Shown: positions 9,403 through 19,178, counted from the first letter of the stretch. The stretch: DNA of 64,000 bases from a virus (IMGVR_UViG_3300037455_000372:171710-235709); one strand, 5' to 3'. The notes: generated from the letters alone by a model not told the origin. A program made the numbers and translations.

Positions 9403-10536
9403 ATGTCTACTGATATGAACTCCCTTGATTTCCTCACCATTGATGGTGTTTCCAACCTTGCCCAAGTTACGGGCAAAACCTACGAATCCGACCCGCGTCT
9501 TTGGAAGCCTCGCGTTAGCGCGAAAAGCCCGACTTATGACGCCGTCGTCCGTCTCCTTCCGCAGGGCATTGAAGGTCTCAAGAATCAGACCTATCCTGGT
9601 GTGAAGGTTATGTATCACCATTTAAGATCTGGTCAGATGCACCGCGAGGTGAAATGCTGCAAGTCCATTCCCGGTCAGACTCGCTGCCCGATTTGTGACG
9701 CATTGTGGAACCGCTACGATGAATTTGTCAAGCTCTATGGTAAGGACGATGCTCGTACGAAGGCCGTGTCTTCGATGGGTTCTCGTGCAGAATGGTTCAC
9801 TAACGTCCTCGTTCGCGAAGACGATAATGACCCGAACAACAACGGTCAGGTGAAGGTCTGGCGTCACACCGACGCTATCGATCGTGAACTCCGCGCACCG
9901 TTCGATGACTCTGCAAACACCGAGTCCAAGGGTAACGACCAGACTGCTCGTCCGGGTAGCCTCCGTGACCGCAAGAACAAGGAAAAGCGTCGCTTCTTCC
10001 CGCACTCTCCGACCAATGGCGTCGACTACGAAGTCACTGTGTCTTGGGATCCGGCAAAGAAGATGACTTCTTACGACGGTTCTTGCTACGCCAGCGAATC
10101 TACTCCGTTGGCTGACACCAAGGAAGAAATGCTCGACATCCTCAACAAGTGCCACGACCTTACTGAATTCCTCAAGGACGTTCCGACCGAAGAAGAAGCC
10201 AGCAAGATCTACGTGGAATTTATGAACGATGCCGCAAAGCGTTCTGAAAACGCCGCCTTTAACAAGGCTGGCTTTGCCCCGGAAGCCAATCCTAACTACG
10301 CTCCGGCTGAACAGCCGCGCACCACTAGCGTCAACGCTACGGAATTCTTTGGCAACGCCGCACCGGCTGCCGCTTCTTTCCAGAAGCCGGTCGCTGAAGC
10401 TGCCGCTCCGAAGTCTGCCGACGAAGACCTCGTGAACTTCGCCAAGAGCACCAAGGCCGCTCCGGCTGCCCCGGCTGCTCCCGCCGCTGAGGAACAACTT
10501 CCGACGCTCGACGAAGACGCAGATCTTCCGTTCTAA
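9403..10536 (+). CDS. gp32: Single-stranded DNA-binding protein, gp32-like
   Basis: DPRLWKP, AVVRLLP, Zn ligands H...CC...CPIC, NVLV..D..P.NNGQVKVW, SYDGS, acidic tail ending DADLPF. Confidence 0.9.
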   Translation: MSTDMNSLDFLTIDGVSNLAQVTGKTYESDPRLWKPRVSAKSPTYDAVVRLLPQGIEGLKNQTYPGVKVMYHHLRSGQMHREVKCCKSIPGQTRCPICDALWNRYDEFVKLYGKDDARTKAVSSMGSRAEWFTNVLVREDDNDPNNNGQVKVWRHTDAIDRELRAPFDDSANTESKGNDQTARPGSLRDRKNKEKRRFFPHSPTNGVDYEVTVSWDPAKKMTSYDGSCYASESTPLADTKEEMLDILNKCHDLTEFLKDVPTEEEASKIYVEFMNDAAKRSENAAFNKAGFAPEANPNYAPAEQPRTTSVNATEFFGNAAPAAASFQKPVAEAAAPKSADEDLVNFAKSTKAAPAAPAAPAAEEQLPTLDEDADLPF

Positions 10537-10564
10537 TTGGCAACGTCAGTTAGGTTAAACCATT

Positions 10565-10596
10565 TGGCGGCCATCGTAATTGGTGGCCGCCATTTT
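10565..10596 (+). terminator. Intrinsic terminator
   Basis: TGGCGGCCA/TGGCCGCCA stem followed by TTTT. Confidence 0.7.
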
Positions 10597-10610
10597 CAAT
10601 AGGTTTAAAG

Positions 10611-11756
10611 ATGGCATTTTCCTACGATAACATTCCCTATGCTGCCTTGGATGAAGCTGTTAGCACTCATTTCGCCGATCGTGCGTTAAAGGAAACTAAT
10701 AGCGAGTATAATTTCGTTTGTCCGTTCTGTGGCGATATGCATCGTCCGAACAAGAAGAAAGCTTACGTCTACAAGGACACTTGGCAATTTATTTGTTATA
10801 AGTGCGGCCAGCAGCAGCACGTTATGAAGTATTTCAAGGAAAACGCCGATGATATTTACACGAAGCTCTTGTTTATGGGTTTCGACGACGAAGGTAAGGA
10901 ACGCAAGGAAAAGAAGGTCGAGAAAAAGACCGTTCCGTCGGACTTGCCGTTTATGGAAGGCGAGCTGATTTCGATTCTCGACAACCATCCGCTTGCAAAG
11001 CGTGGATTGGAACTGTGCAAGCACCGTATGATTCGACCGGTTGTTTACGAGAAATGGTATGTTTGTCTGGAAGGCGAGCAGTTCTTGTTGAAAGATTCTG
11101 GCGGCGCGTATCTGCTCGATGAAAACGGACGACCGATTGGCAACAAGTACAAGAACCGTTTGATAATTCCTTTCTACAAGTTTGGCGGTGCTTGGCACCA
11201 GTTCGATGCGCGTGACCTTAATCCAGACAGTTCGCTTCGTTATTTGAACTTCAAGGGTGCAAAGCGCGAAGCTTACAATATCGATTTTATTGACTATGAC
11301 AAGCCGTTCTACATTCTTGAAGGAACGATTGACTCGACGTTTATCAAGAATTCGATTGCAATCGGCGGTGTCAAGTTCTTGAAGGAAGTTATGGAAGCTA
11401 ACCCGGAAATCGAAAAGTATAAAGAAAACTGCACGATTATCTGGGATAACGACGATCCGGGAAGGAACGCACGGTTGGATTCTGTCAAGATGGGATTCAA
11501 GTGGTTCGACTGGACTGGAATAACCGAGAAGGATGTCAACGGTGCCGTGATGAAAGGCGAGATGCCTCTCGACAAATACGGATTTGTCGAGCGTGAATTT
11601 ATAGAGGCTCGAAGCCGTCCGGCTGAAGGTGCCGAGATTCTGTTCTCGCTTCAGTACGGCGATATGAAGCGTCGTGACTATCTCGAACGTCGAGCTAACC
11701 GTCAAATGCTTCGCGAAAAGATGAAAGCTAACAATGTTTTGGGGATTCACTTCTAA
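10611..11756 (+). CDS. gp61: DNA primase, gp61-like
   Basis: Zn finger CPFCGD...CYKCG, RLIIPF, TOPRIM EGTIDS, WDND, KDVN. Confidence 0.92.
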   Translation: MAFSYDNIPYAALDEAVSTHFADRALKETNSEYNFVCPFCGDMHRPNKKKAYVYKDTWQFICYKCGQQQHVMKYFKENADDIYTKLLFMGFDDEGKERKEKKVEKKTVPSDLPFMEGELISILDNHPLAKRGLELCKHRMIRPVVYEKWYVCLEGEQFLLKDSGGAYLLDENGRPIGNKYKNRLIIPFYKFGGAWHQFDARDLNPDSSLRYLNFKGAKREAYNIDFIDYDKPFYILEGTIDSTFIKNSIAIGGVKFLKEVMEANPEIEKYKENCTIIWDNDDPGRNARLDSVKMGFKWFDWTGITEKDVNGAVMKGEMPLDKYGFVEREFIEARSRPAEGAEILFSLQYGDMKRRDYLERRANRQMLREKMKANNVLGIHF

Positions 11757-13867
11757 TGTTACAGAACCTTCGAAGATTTGGCGTACCGGATTATGTAACT
11801 CCGCAGCACATTGCGGATTTTGCTGGTCGTCCCGTAGACGCTCTGATTAACAGCGGTTTCTTTGAGGGGATTCCGTACAAGCTTACGGCTAACCGAATCA
11901 AGCATTATCATTACAAGACGTGCTTGCAGATGCTCAGGGTCTATCAGATAGATCCTCCGTGCAAGACGCACCCTTATGCAAAGTGGAGACCGGCTGAGAT
12001 TATCGCCGATTTGGACGTGACTGCGTTCGCCTATCTCAACCTTATCAAGAAAGGCAAGCTGGTCGAAGAAGGTCCGGATGAACGCGGAAAGTTCATTTAT
12101 TACAAGGACTATGAACGGTTCTTAAAAAACTACGTTCCTTACAAGATGCTGCAGTGGTTACCGCCCAAGTTGAAAATGAGGGACGCCGCTGAATTTATCG
12201 GCATTACGCCCGGTCGCTTGAAAGGCGAGGTGCGCCGTGGAAACGCCGAGGCCGTATGGTGGAACCGTAACGCCGACGGCAAGCGTCGCTATCGCTGGAT
12301 GACTCGCGACCAGATTATCCAGTATGTTACGAAGATTGTTTCGGATGCGACTCACAAATCAAAGAAGCTTATCCGTTCGACTCCGTTGGCCGACAAGCTT
12401 TCGATTCCGCTTACTGCGCTGTACTTGAAGACGACCGAGACCAAGGTCAAGTATTTCATCCATAGGGGTTATCTGGAACCTGGAAAGACATCCGATGCCA
12501 GAAGTCCGTGGCGGAAGTACGACGTATTTGAAAAGACATACCTTGACGAGAAATACGATTACTATTGCCGTGGAAAGTTTTACAACGAGGGTAAGTCGTA
12601 TTACAACCGCGCCGCCATTAGGAACAAGTTCGGAAAGACGAATTTCTGGATCAGTACCTACATCGTAGGCAAATGTCACGAAATGCTTACAAATGACGGC
12701 AAGCCGATGACGGTCGAGGAACGTACAGCCGAGAACTTGAAGCTTAACCGCCTTCCGTCAACTAGCCTTGGCTGGGTACAGTCCGAGGTCGAGGCCATCG
12801 TCAATTCAGGCGTAGAAGTCGACCCGACAGTGGAATTGACAGAGTACAGAAAGCGGCATATGGACGCGCTCGACAAGACGAACTATAACGAGCTTCGCAG
12901 TAGGCTGAAGGAATACCGCGAGAAGAAGTTCGCGAAGATTACCATCAAGCCGATTGCAGATGAAGTTGAACTTGCGTTGAAGGCTGCGTTCGAGGAAAAG
13001 GATTACCGGCGCGAGGAGCATAAGAAGGAAGTCTGGGCTATGGCCGCACAAGAAATGGCCGAGCGAAACCAGATTCGCGAGATGCTTGGCATCAAGCCGC
13101 AAGTCGATGTCCCTATGACGCCAAAGAACATCCTCAAGTACAGCAACGAGCCGGAAAAGGTCACGATTGTTTACAGCCGTACCGGATGGGATATCTATTC
13201 GAAGCATTCGCTCGAACCGACTGACTGTACGTTCAAGGCCAAGGACACCAATATGATTATTTGTCGTCTACGACCGAAGGTGTTCTCTGTTTTCGCCAAT
13301 ATCGCTCGCGTGGCCGGGACTATTGTAAGGTTGGAACCTAAGACCGTTCCGTCGTGGATAATCTTGGTACCGTCCAGTTCCATCATTTCAGATCCGTCGT
13401 TCTATATGAAGCTTGACGAGGTTCCTCCGGAATATGGTGCGGTAGCTCCGTACGGTTATGAATATACGCTGCCCGATGGAAGCTGGGTAAAGTGTCCGGC
13501 TACCTATGGAATGTACAGTCAATATTCCAAAGAAAACTCGCTACTCTGCAAGCGCGTGGTCGGTACACGGAGTGTCGTGGGAAACCACGAAGTTGCCGTT
13601 CTTGACGGTCCGTTTGTAGCCGTTCGCGGCGGTTATCTGAAGATGATAGCCGAACTGAAGAAATTCCACGTACTGGGCGATGGCCGCTCCTATGTCCCCT
13701 ATGCGATTTCGATGATTATGAAGCGTCTGGGCGTCAAGATGCTGCAAATTGAGGTCGATTCTCTGGGTTGTACTGACTTTGACCCGGAGACTAGGGGTCT
13801 GGACTGGAACCGTGCCGAAAGGATGCTGATTAGCTTCGCCAACCCGAATTTGCAATTTAAACTGTAA
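11756..13867 (+). CDS. Protein with several MerR/Xis-like HTH repeats and a degenerate C-terminal GT-A (glycosyltransferase-2-like) domain
   Basis: Repeated HTH-like units (KMRDAAEFIGITPGRL; IPLTALYLKTTETKVKYFIHRGYL); C-terminal WIILV...GAVAPYG...EVAVLDGPFVAV resembles Glyco_tranf_2_5; TAATG-coupled to primase. Confidence 0.5.
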   Translation: MLQNLRRFGVPDYVTPQHIADFAGRPVDALINSGFFEGIPYKLTANRIKHYHYKTCLQMLRVYQIDPPCKTHPYAKWRPAEIIADLDVTAFAYLNLIKKGKLVEEGPDERGKFIYYKDYERFLKNYVPYKMLQWLPPKLKMRDAAEFIGITPGRLKGEVRRGNAEAVWWNRNADGKRRYRWMTRDQIIQYVTKIVSDATHKSKKLIRSTPLADKLSIPLTALYLKTTETKVKYFIHRGYLEPGKTSDARSPWRKYDVFEKTYLDEKYDYYCRGKFYNEGKSYYNRAAIRNKFGKTNFWISTYIVGKCHEMLTNDGKPMTVEERTAENLKLNRLPSTSLGWVQSEVEAIVNSGVEVDPTVELTEYRKRHMDALDKTNYNELRSRLKEYREKKFAKITIKPIADEVELALKAAFEEKDYRREEHKKEVWAMAAQEMAERNQIREMLGIKPQVDVPMTPKNILKYSNEPEKVTIVYSRTGWDIYSKHSLEPTDCTFKAKDTNMIICRLRPKVFSVFANIARVAGTIVRLEPKTVPSWIILVPSSSIISDPSFYMKLDEVPPEYGAVAPYGYEYTLPDGSWVKCPATYGMYSQYSKENSLLCKRVVGTRSVVGNHEVAVLDGPFVAVRGGYLKMIAELKKFHVLGDGRSYVPYAISMIMKRLGVKMLQIEVDSLGCTDFDPETRGLDWNRAERMLISFANPNLQFKL

Positions 13868-13878
13868 TCAACTAATTT
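13850..13878 (+). promoter_or_regulatory. Promoter TTGCAA-N17-TAATTT
   Basis: Recurrent motif upstream of the clamp gene. Confidence 0.65.
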
Positions 13879-13901
13879 TACACGGACTAAAGGAAACCAT
13901 T

Positions 13902-14774
13902 ATGGCCACAGACGAACTTAAATCTATTGACATTACTTACAGTGAGCAGTATGCCGAACTGTTAAAGACGGTTACGAACGTGACCAAGGCCAACTGCACT
14001 ATTCTGCAGCACCGCGACGACAAGTATCGCATAACCATTCCGAACCAAGCTCTGCTGACCCATATCGCTGCCGGTCCGAAGGATATGTGCTTTGATGCTG
14101 ATCGTATCAACGTGTTCTCGCTTACCGAATTTATGAAGTATTCCGAGGCGGTCAATTATCCGAAGCGCGGATGTGTTACGCTCGCCCAAGAGATTTCCGT
14201 AACCGGAAAACGATACGAGTACATCAAGTTCGCCTCTCCGGGACTTACTTGCCGTACCCCTACGGCTGACCCAAGCTGCTTCAAGAAGACCGACGAGCAG
14301 ATTCCCCAGCCTCGCGACAAGCAGAAGATGGTTCGCGTAGTCGAAGTCTGTTTCACCGAGGAGGCGTTGAAGGATTTCGACAAGAAACTCAAGCTGGTTC
14401 CCACTTGCAAGTTTGTGACCTTGTTCATCGACGAAGGCGGCGTGAAGCTCTACATCAAGGGTAAGCTCGCCCAGCAGATTACATACTGCGTAGACGGTAC
14501 TTGCACCCGCCACCTAGACGAGCATCTGGTTCGCAAGGTATTCCGTCCCGGTCGTGTCGCTATGTTCCCCGCTTCCTATTTCAGTATGCTGAAGGGGTTC
14601 GGCGGCAACTTTGAAATCGACATTATGCACGTCCAGAAGGCCGACGGTACCGAACAGATGGCCTTAAAAGGCTACAGTTATGTTCCGGGTGCCGACCCAG
14701 ACGACCCGATTTTGCTGTATTCCGCCGCAGCAGAGTGCTCCGCAGCATCCAACGGCTTCGATTTGATTATGTAA
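13902..14774 (+). CDS. gp45: Sliding clamp, T4 gp45-like
   Basis: ELLKTVTNV, INVFSLTEFM and TPTADPSC align by eye with T4 gp45 ALLKNFATI, VAIYDLNGFL and WPAADPST. Confidence 0.7.
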   Translation: MATDELKSIDITYSEQYAELLKTVTNVTKANCTILQHRDDKYRITIPNQALLTHIAAGPKDMCFDADRINVFSLTEFMKYSEAVNYPKRGCVTLAQEISVTGKRYEYIKFASPGLTCRTPTADPSCFKKTDEQIPQPRDKQKMVRVVEVCFTEEALKDFDKKLKLVPTCKFVTLFIDEGGVKLYIKGKLAQQITYCVDGTCTRHLDEHLVRKVFRPGRVAMFPASYFSMLKGFGGNFEIDIMHVQKADGTEQMALKGYSYVPGADPDDPILLYSAAAECSAASNGFDLIM

Positions 14775-14794
14775 GATTGATTGAGGATTGAAAC

Positions 14795-14819
14795 AAGCCA
14801 GCCTAATGGCTGGCTTTTT
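14795..14819 (+). terminator. Intrinsic terminator
   Basis: AAGCCAGCC/GGCTGGCTT stem plus T-run. Confidence 0.8.
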
Positions 14820-14830
14820 GCGTCGAAACG

Positions 14831-14838
14831 TATAAACT
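14831..14838 (+). promoter_or_regulatory. Late-type promoter TATAAACT
   Basis: Resembles T4 late TATAAATA; recurs about 16 times between genes. Confidence 0.7.
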
Positions 14839-14867
14839 TGGGTTTAAACGCATATGGGATTTTTGCT

Positions 14868-16454
14868 ATGGAAGTTAAATTTAACAAGGATGCCCTGATT
14901 AAGGCGATGAAGGAAATGAGCTACGTGTCTAACCAGAGCGGACCCGTTGAACCTTCAAAGGCAAAGGTCATCAAGATGCTCACCGACAAGGTTATGAAGC
15001 CGGTATCCAAGCCGCAAGACGGTGAGGATTGGGACAAGCGCGAATACAAGATGAACGACGACCTGTCCTATGGTAAGAACCTTATTACGACCAAGACGTT
15101 GTACAAGAAAGTTGTTACCGAGGCCGTGTCAAATACCGAGTACCGTGGATGTCGCTTGAATCTGCAGTCCATCGATATGAAGGAAACTCACTGTAAGTTC
15201 ATCATTGACCGTCGCGGCCACGAAGTTCTGGTGGAAATGTATTTCCCTAACAAGAACAAGAACATTACGGTGAAGCTGGAAAGCGATAACCACTTGTCGA
15301 ACCTTTATGAAGTGGCTCTCGATTCTGAACAGTTCCAGAACAACTTCGGCTACACCATTCTCAAGACGTGCGACGAACTGCTTGAAAGCGGTTCCAAATA
15401 TGACCTTGGTTCTGACCTAGACACGATGCAGTACACCAACGGTATGGGTACGGACGTTATCGACGTGAACGACTCTATGCTTCAGCAGAGCAACCTTCTG
15501 CGCGAATCCGTCGACGGTGGTCTGGCACAGCTCCGTAACCTCTGCGAGGCGGTGAACTTTATGGAAGCCGAGGCCGAGGAAGGCCAAGACCCGAACGCCG
15601 CACAGTTCAATATGGGCGGTGCCGAAGATCCCAACCCGGCTGACCCCCCTGCTATGTCTGGCGAGGAAATGGCTCAGATTGGTTCTGGCGACGTAAACGG
15701 TGACGGCAGTCAGAAGAAAGATGAAATTATGTTTGAGGACTGGCTTGAAGAAGAAGACGGTCTCGGCTCTACCGAGACGGTTGACGCTAGTGGCGACAGT
15801 CCTAACGGTGGTCCGGCTGAACTTGACCGTCTGGCACAGATTGTGTCAAAGCAAATGGCAGCGCGTGGTGAGACGGACAGTAATAATCGTGTTGCTCTTA
15901 CTGGTGACGACTTCTACACTGGGTTCGGTGGATTGAAGGGTAAGAGTGCAAAGGAAATTTGGAACTTGTTCCTCAACTACAATGATAAGCTGACTGAACA
16001 ACCGGTTAAGAGAAACCATATCAAGGAATTCAAGGACTTCCTCCAGAATCCGGGAATGGATGAACTTTCTCTTGAAAAGGTTGAACGCAAGCTTCACGAA
16101 ATCTTCCCTGAAGCATATGGCGAAGAAGGCGAGTCGAAGTTGAGCACTGACAACGTGGACTTGATGGGTCATCCGGACGGTGCTTCCGCCGAACAGAGCA
16201 GCATCGGTAACGAAGATGCGGCTGTTAGCGATATGCTTGCTGGCAGTGGCGACTTCGGCGGTAGCTATTTGAACGATGGTTCTACCGAAGCTATGATGGA
16301 CCAAGTCAACCCGAACGCGTTCGGGCCGGGCGAAAATGACAGTTTTATGGACGAGCTTAACTCGCCGGACGACCAGTCTGGTGATATCAAGTTCGGCGGA
16401 ACTGCCGTTTCTGACGAAGAAAACATTGCAAATTCGCTGTCGAACATCTCCTAG
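14868..16454 (+). CDS. Acidic late protein, possible head core/internal protein
   Basis: Late promoter upstream; very acidic; repeated VTEAV, LRESV, LCEAV, FMEA motifs resembling prohead-protease sites. Confidence 0.6.
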   Translation: MEVKFNKDALIKAMKEMSYVSNQSGPVEPSKAKVIKMLTDKVMKPVSKPQDGEDWDKREYKMNDDLSYGKNLITTKTLYKKVVTEAVSNTEYRGCRLNLQSIDMKETHCKFIIDRRGHEVLVEMYFPNKNKNITVKLESDNHLSNLYEVALDSEQFQNNFGYTILKTCDELLESGSKYDLGSDLDTMQYTNGMGTDVIDVNDSMLQQSNLLRESVDGGLAQLRNLCEAVNFMEAEAEEGQDPNAAQFNMGGAEDPNPADPPAMSGEEMAQIGSGDVNGDGSQKKDEIMFEDWLEEEDGLGSTETVDASGDSPNGGPAELDRLAQIVSKQMAARGETDSNNRVALTGDDFYTGFGGLKGKSAKEIWNLFLNYNDKLTEQPVKRNHIKEFKDFLQNPGMDELSLEKVERKLHEIFPEAYGEEGESKLSTDNVDLMGHPDGASAEQSSIGNEDAAVSDMLAGSGDFGGSYLNDGSTEAMMDQVNPNAFGPGENDSFMDELNSPDDQSGDIKFGGTAVSDEENIANSLSNIS

Positions 16455-16478
16455 TCATTAAAAAAACTCGGTAACCGC

Positions 16479-16530
16479 AATCCTTGCGATTTTGAACTAA
16501 TTTAAGGTTAGTTAAACAATCGCAAGGATT
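16479..16530 (+). promoter_or_regulatory. Inverted repeat covering the RBS, with an internal promoter-like element
   Basis: AATCCTTGCGATT (16479-16491) and AATCGCAAGGATT (16518-16530) are perfect 13-bp arms; CCGCAA-N17-TAATTT overlaps the left arm. Confidence 0.6.
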
Positions 16531-16536
16531 TTTTAT

Positions 16537-17748
16537 ATGCCCATTACAAGCAAAACCCTAAGCGGAATGATGCTCGACGGTCAAGAGCCGGAAGAGTCCA
16601 AGGTTATCAACACCGATATCGCCGGTGCTGAAGAAATGCAGATTATGATGTTCTTGACCAACGGTCGTCTTGGACAAGGTCTTGCGTTGATTGAGTCCGC
16701 GACCGAGGACAAGGATGAAGTGGCTCGCGTTCGCACCGCTGTCGACAAGGATGGCAAGATCTGGCTCGAAATCGAGACCAAGAGTGGCATCAATATTATG
16801 GCTGACGCGCTTCCGCTGTCCAATCGCTTTACTGAAACCGTCTACATCCGCGTGTCCGACCTCGCTCGCGCCGTCAAGGAACTGGCGAAGGAACAGACCG
16901 TGTCTCTTTGGGTTTCCGAAGGCAAGCTCTATCTGGGCGGCTACTACAACGAGGAAATCGGCGGATTCGAACTTGAAGTAGGTTTCGAGAGCTGCGAACC
17001 GTTCACCTCCGTCCACGAGACCGAGTTCGACACGATTCTCGAACTTGACCAGATGACTTTCAACACGGTTCTCGATTCTATCTACGAGTTCGACAACGTG
17101 GAAATCTACCGTATGAATAACACGGTGTCTTATCGTACTGGTAACGATAAGTGTACCATCGCTACGGTGATGCAGAACCAAGCCCCTAGCGAGGATAGGC
17201 TCCCGAACCTGAGCATTCGTATTCCGGCTCGTATCTTCAAGACCTTGCCGCTCGTGAATGCATTGGACGACGACCTTGGCCTCTATGTCAAGCTCAAGTT
17301 CAACACGAAGTACCGTGTTATGAAGGTTGAAGGCCAGTATGCCAGCTTGTTCTGCGACTTTACCGACGGGTCTTTGAAGACTTTCAATAACGACGGTATG
17401 GTTCGCCAGTTCACGATTATGTCTGACGCAATCGCAGCCGCTATCGGTACTTACTTCAACATCCACAGCACAGACCCGACCGGTCTCGTGAAGTTGTACA
17501 AGGTTAACGACGGATTGCTCGGTATCGAGACGGTTAATACTGACCGTATGGACGTGAACTTGACTGTCGGTAACGTGACCCTCGATGTCGACGAAATGGA
17601 CATTGAAGTTCCGATGGACGTGCTCACGATGATGATCCGCAAGTCTGGCTGCCCCAAGCTCGACCTCCTCTACAACAAGGAAGCCAACCGCTTGATGATG
17701 GTATACGGAAACGGATTGTTCCTCCGAAAGTGCTGCTACCAAGCTTAA
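16537..17748 (+). CDS. Divergent DNA polymerase III beta-clamp (DnaN)-like protein
   Basis: 403 aa, acidic; three repeats of the clamp pattern (YIRVSDLARAVKEL...VSLWVSEGKLYL; SIRIPARIFKTL; DIEVPMDVLTMMI...LDLLY). Confidence 0.55.
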   Translation: MPITSKTLSGMMLDGQEPEESKVINTDIAGAEEMQIMMFLTNGRLGQGLALIESATEDKDEVARVRTAVDKDGKIWLEIETKSGINIMADALPLSNRFTETVYIRVSDLARAVKELAKEQTVSLWVSEGKLYLGGYYNEEIGGFELEVGFESCEPFTSVHETEFDTILELDQMTFNTVLDSIYEFDNVEIYRMNNTVSYRTGNDKCTIATVMQNQAPSEDRLPNLSIRIPARIFKTLPLVNALDDDLGLYVKLKFNTKYRVMKVEGQYASLFCDFTDGSLKTFNNDGMVRQFTIMSDAIAAAIGTYFNIHSTDPTGLVKLYKVNDGLLGIETVNTDRMDVNLTVGNVTLDVDEMDIEVPMDVLTMMIRKSGCPKLDLLYNKEANRLMMVYGNGLFLRKCCYQA

Positions 17749-17779
17749 AAAGAAGGCCGAGCGAATCGCTCGGCTTTTT
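17747..17779. terminator. Bidirectional terminator
   Basis: A-run, GCCGAGCG/CGCTCGGC stem and T-run between convergent genes. Confidence 0.8.
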
Positions 17780-17781
17780 GT

Positions 17782-18369
17782 TTAGAAGTCAAATCCTTCA
17801 ATGGGTTCAGGTTCTGATTCGGCAGGAGGCGCACCGGTCGGTTCTGAATCGTTGGGCATCTCGACATCGCTGCCGTCGCCTTCCGCGATTTCGCCCAGTT
17901 CCTCCATACCAAGGGGTGCTATATCTTCTTCGGTTTCGGTGGGGTTTTCGGCGTTAATCTTGTCTATGTCGGCTTGCACTTGCTGATACAAGGGTTGTTC
18001 TTGCGGCGTAAAAAGGTTGATATTGGGGTCACCGAACCCCGGCGTTTCCGGATTTTGAGCGACTAGGTCTTCATATGTGATTTCGTCGGTATCGCCTTCG
18101 TGTTCGCCGTTCTTGTAGATATCAAGCAGCTGATCGAAGCCCATATCCTTGATTTTCGAGTTGATATCCTCGTTATCGTTCATACTGGGAGGTTCTTGCA
18201 TAACTTTGTCGTTGGCGATGCGTTCTTGCTCGTCAAGCTCGACTTTCACTTCGTTTCCACTTTTCCCAGATTCTTTCTCAAGCGTCTTCAGATACTGCGG
18301 CTGGCTGTCATCCATAACCGACTTCTTGGGGACATTGATAGTATTGTCGTAAATTCCGTTAAATAGCAT
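17782..18369 (-). CDS. Hypothetical acidic late protein
   Basis: 195-aa ORF; SD GAGGT; ATAAACT on the minus strand at 18394-18400. Confidence 0.7.
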   Translation of the reverse strand: MLFNGIYDNTINVPKKSVMDDSQPQYLKTLEKESGKSGNEVKVELDEQERIANDKVMQEPPSMNDNEDINSKIKDMGFDQLLDIYKNGEHEGDTDEITYEDLVAQNPETPGFGDPNINLFTPQEQPLYQQVQADIDKINAENPTETEEDIAPLGMEELGEIAEGDGSDVEMPNDSEPTGAPPAESEPEPIEGFDF

Positions 18370-18393
18370 TTTTTGACCTCGCAGTATGCTTGT

Positions 18394-18433
18394 AGTTTAT
18401 TAGCCGCACGAAAAAATGACCAAGGTATAAACT
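18394..18433. promoter_or_regulatory. Divergent pair of late-type promoters
   Basis: AGTTTAT 18394-18400 (minus) and TATAAACT 18426-18433 (plus). Confidence 0.7.
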
Positions 18434-18466
18434 CGTATTTAAACGAACATTATAGTAGGTACCATT

Positions 18467-19069
18467 ATGTTCCACGTAACTGACGAAGATAAATTCCTGG
18501 ATCTAATCGATTCGGTCGCAGCTGAACCTATCGATGAAGAACCGTATAGCATCGTCAAGGATCCGAAACCGGTCGTAGAGTCCGTCTGCACGTTTGATGG
18601 CGTTCAGATTGACCTCGAAAGCTGGTCTAAGAGCGATGGCGTTGCAACAGACTCTAACAAGGTTGGAAAGGCCAAAACCGCTCCCGACCCGAAGCTGACC
18701 AAGGCAGCCCCGAAGACTTCTACCGAGAAGAAGGATGACGGAAAGCTTGTGGAGAAGGTCGAGGTAGACGACAAGAAAAAGAAGGAACAGGTTGTTGAAG
18801 TCAACGCCGAAGCCGAAGTGAAGGCCGAAAAGGCTCCTGAAGCTGGTAAGGGTGGTGAGTTCGACAAGGCTGCCAAGTCTGCCGCTACCGCTCAAGAAGG
18901 CGATGCCAAGTCCAACAAGAAGTTCGCCAAGGGTTGCGATATCCAGACGCGAATTGACCTCTTCAAGAAGGGTGTCGAAAAGCTCGGTGTGGATGCCAAG
19001 TCCAAGGCCGATACGACCAAGATCTTGAAGGAATTTGACCAGATTTCGTCGTATCTAACCGGTAAGTAA
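18467..19069 (+). CDS. Lys/Glu-rich late protein, possible internal head protein
   Basis: 200 aa; late promoter; VVESV motif. Confidence 0.65.
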   Translation: MFHVTDEDKFLDLIDSVAAEPIDEEPYSIVKDPKPVVESVCTFDGVQIDLESWSKSDGVATDSNKVGKAKTAPDPKLTKAAPKTSTEKKDDGKLVEKVEVDDKKKKEQVVEVNAEAEVKAEKAPEAGKGGEFDKAAKSAATAQEGDAKSNKKFAKGCDIQTRIDLFKKGVEKLGVDAKSKADTTKILKEFDQISSYLTGK

Positions 19070-19086
19070 TATCCAGAAAAATTGGC

Positions 19087-19111
19087 AAAACCGTCAGAAA
19101 TGGCGGTTTTT
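19087..19111 (+). terminator. Intrinsic terminator
   Basis: AAAACCGTCA-GAAA-TGGCGGTTTTT. Confidence 0.75.
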
Positions 19112-19129
19112 GTCGTATAATCGTATAAT

Positions 19130-19158
19130 TTGCAATTCAAACTCCTTATTGCTAACTT
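19130..19158 (+). promoter_or_regulatory. Promoter TTGCAA-N17-TAACTT
   Basis: Recurrent motif upstream of the polymerase. Confidence 0.7.
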
Positions 19159-19178
19159 CAACCCATTAAGAAACCCTT

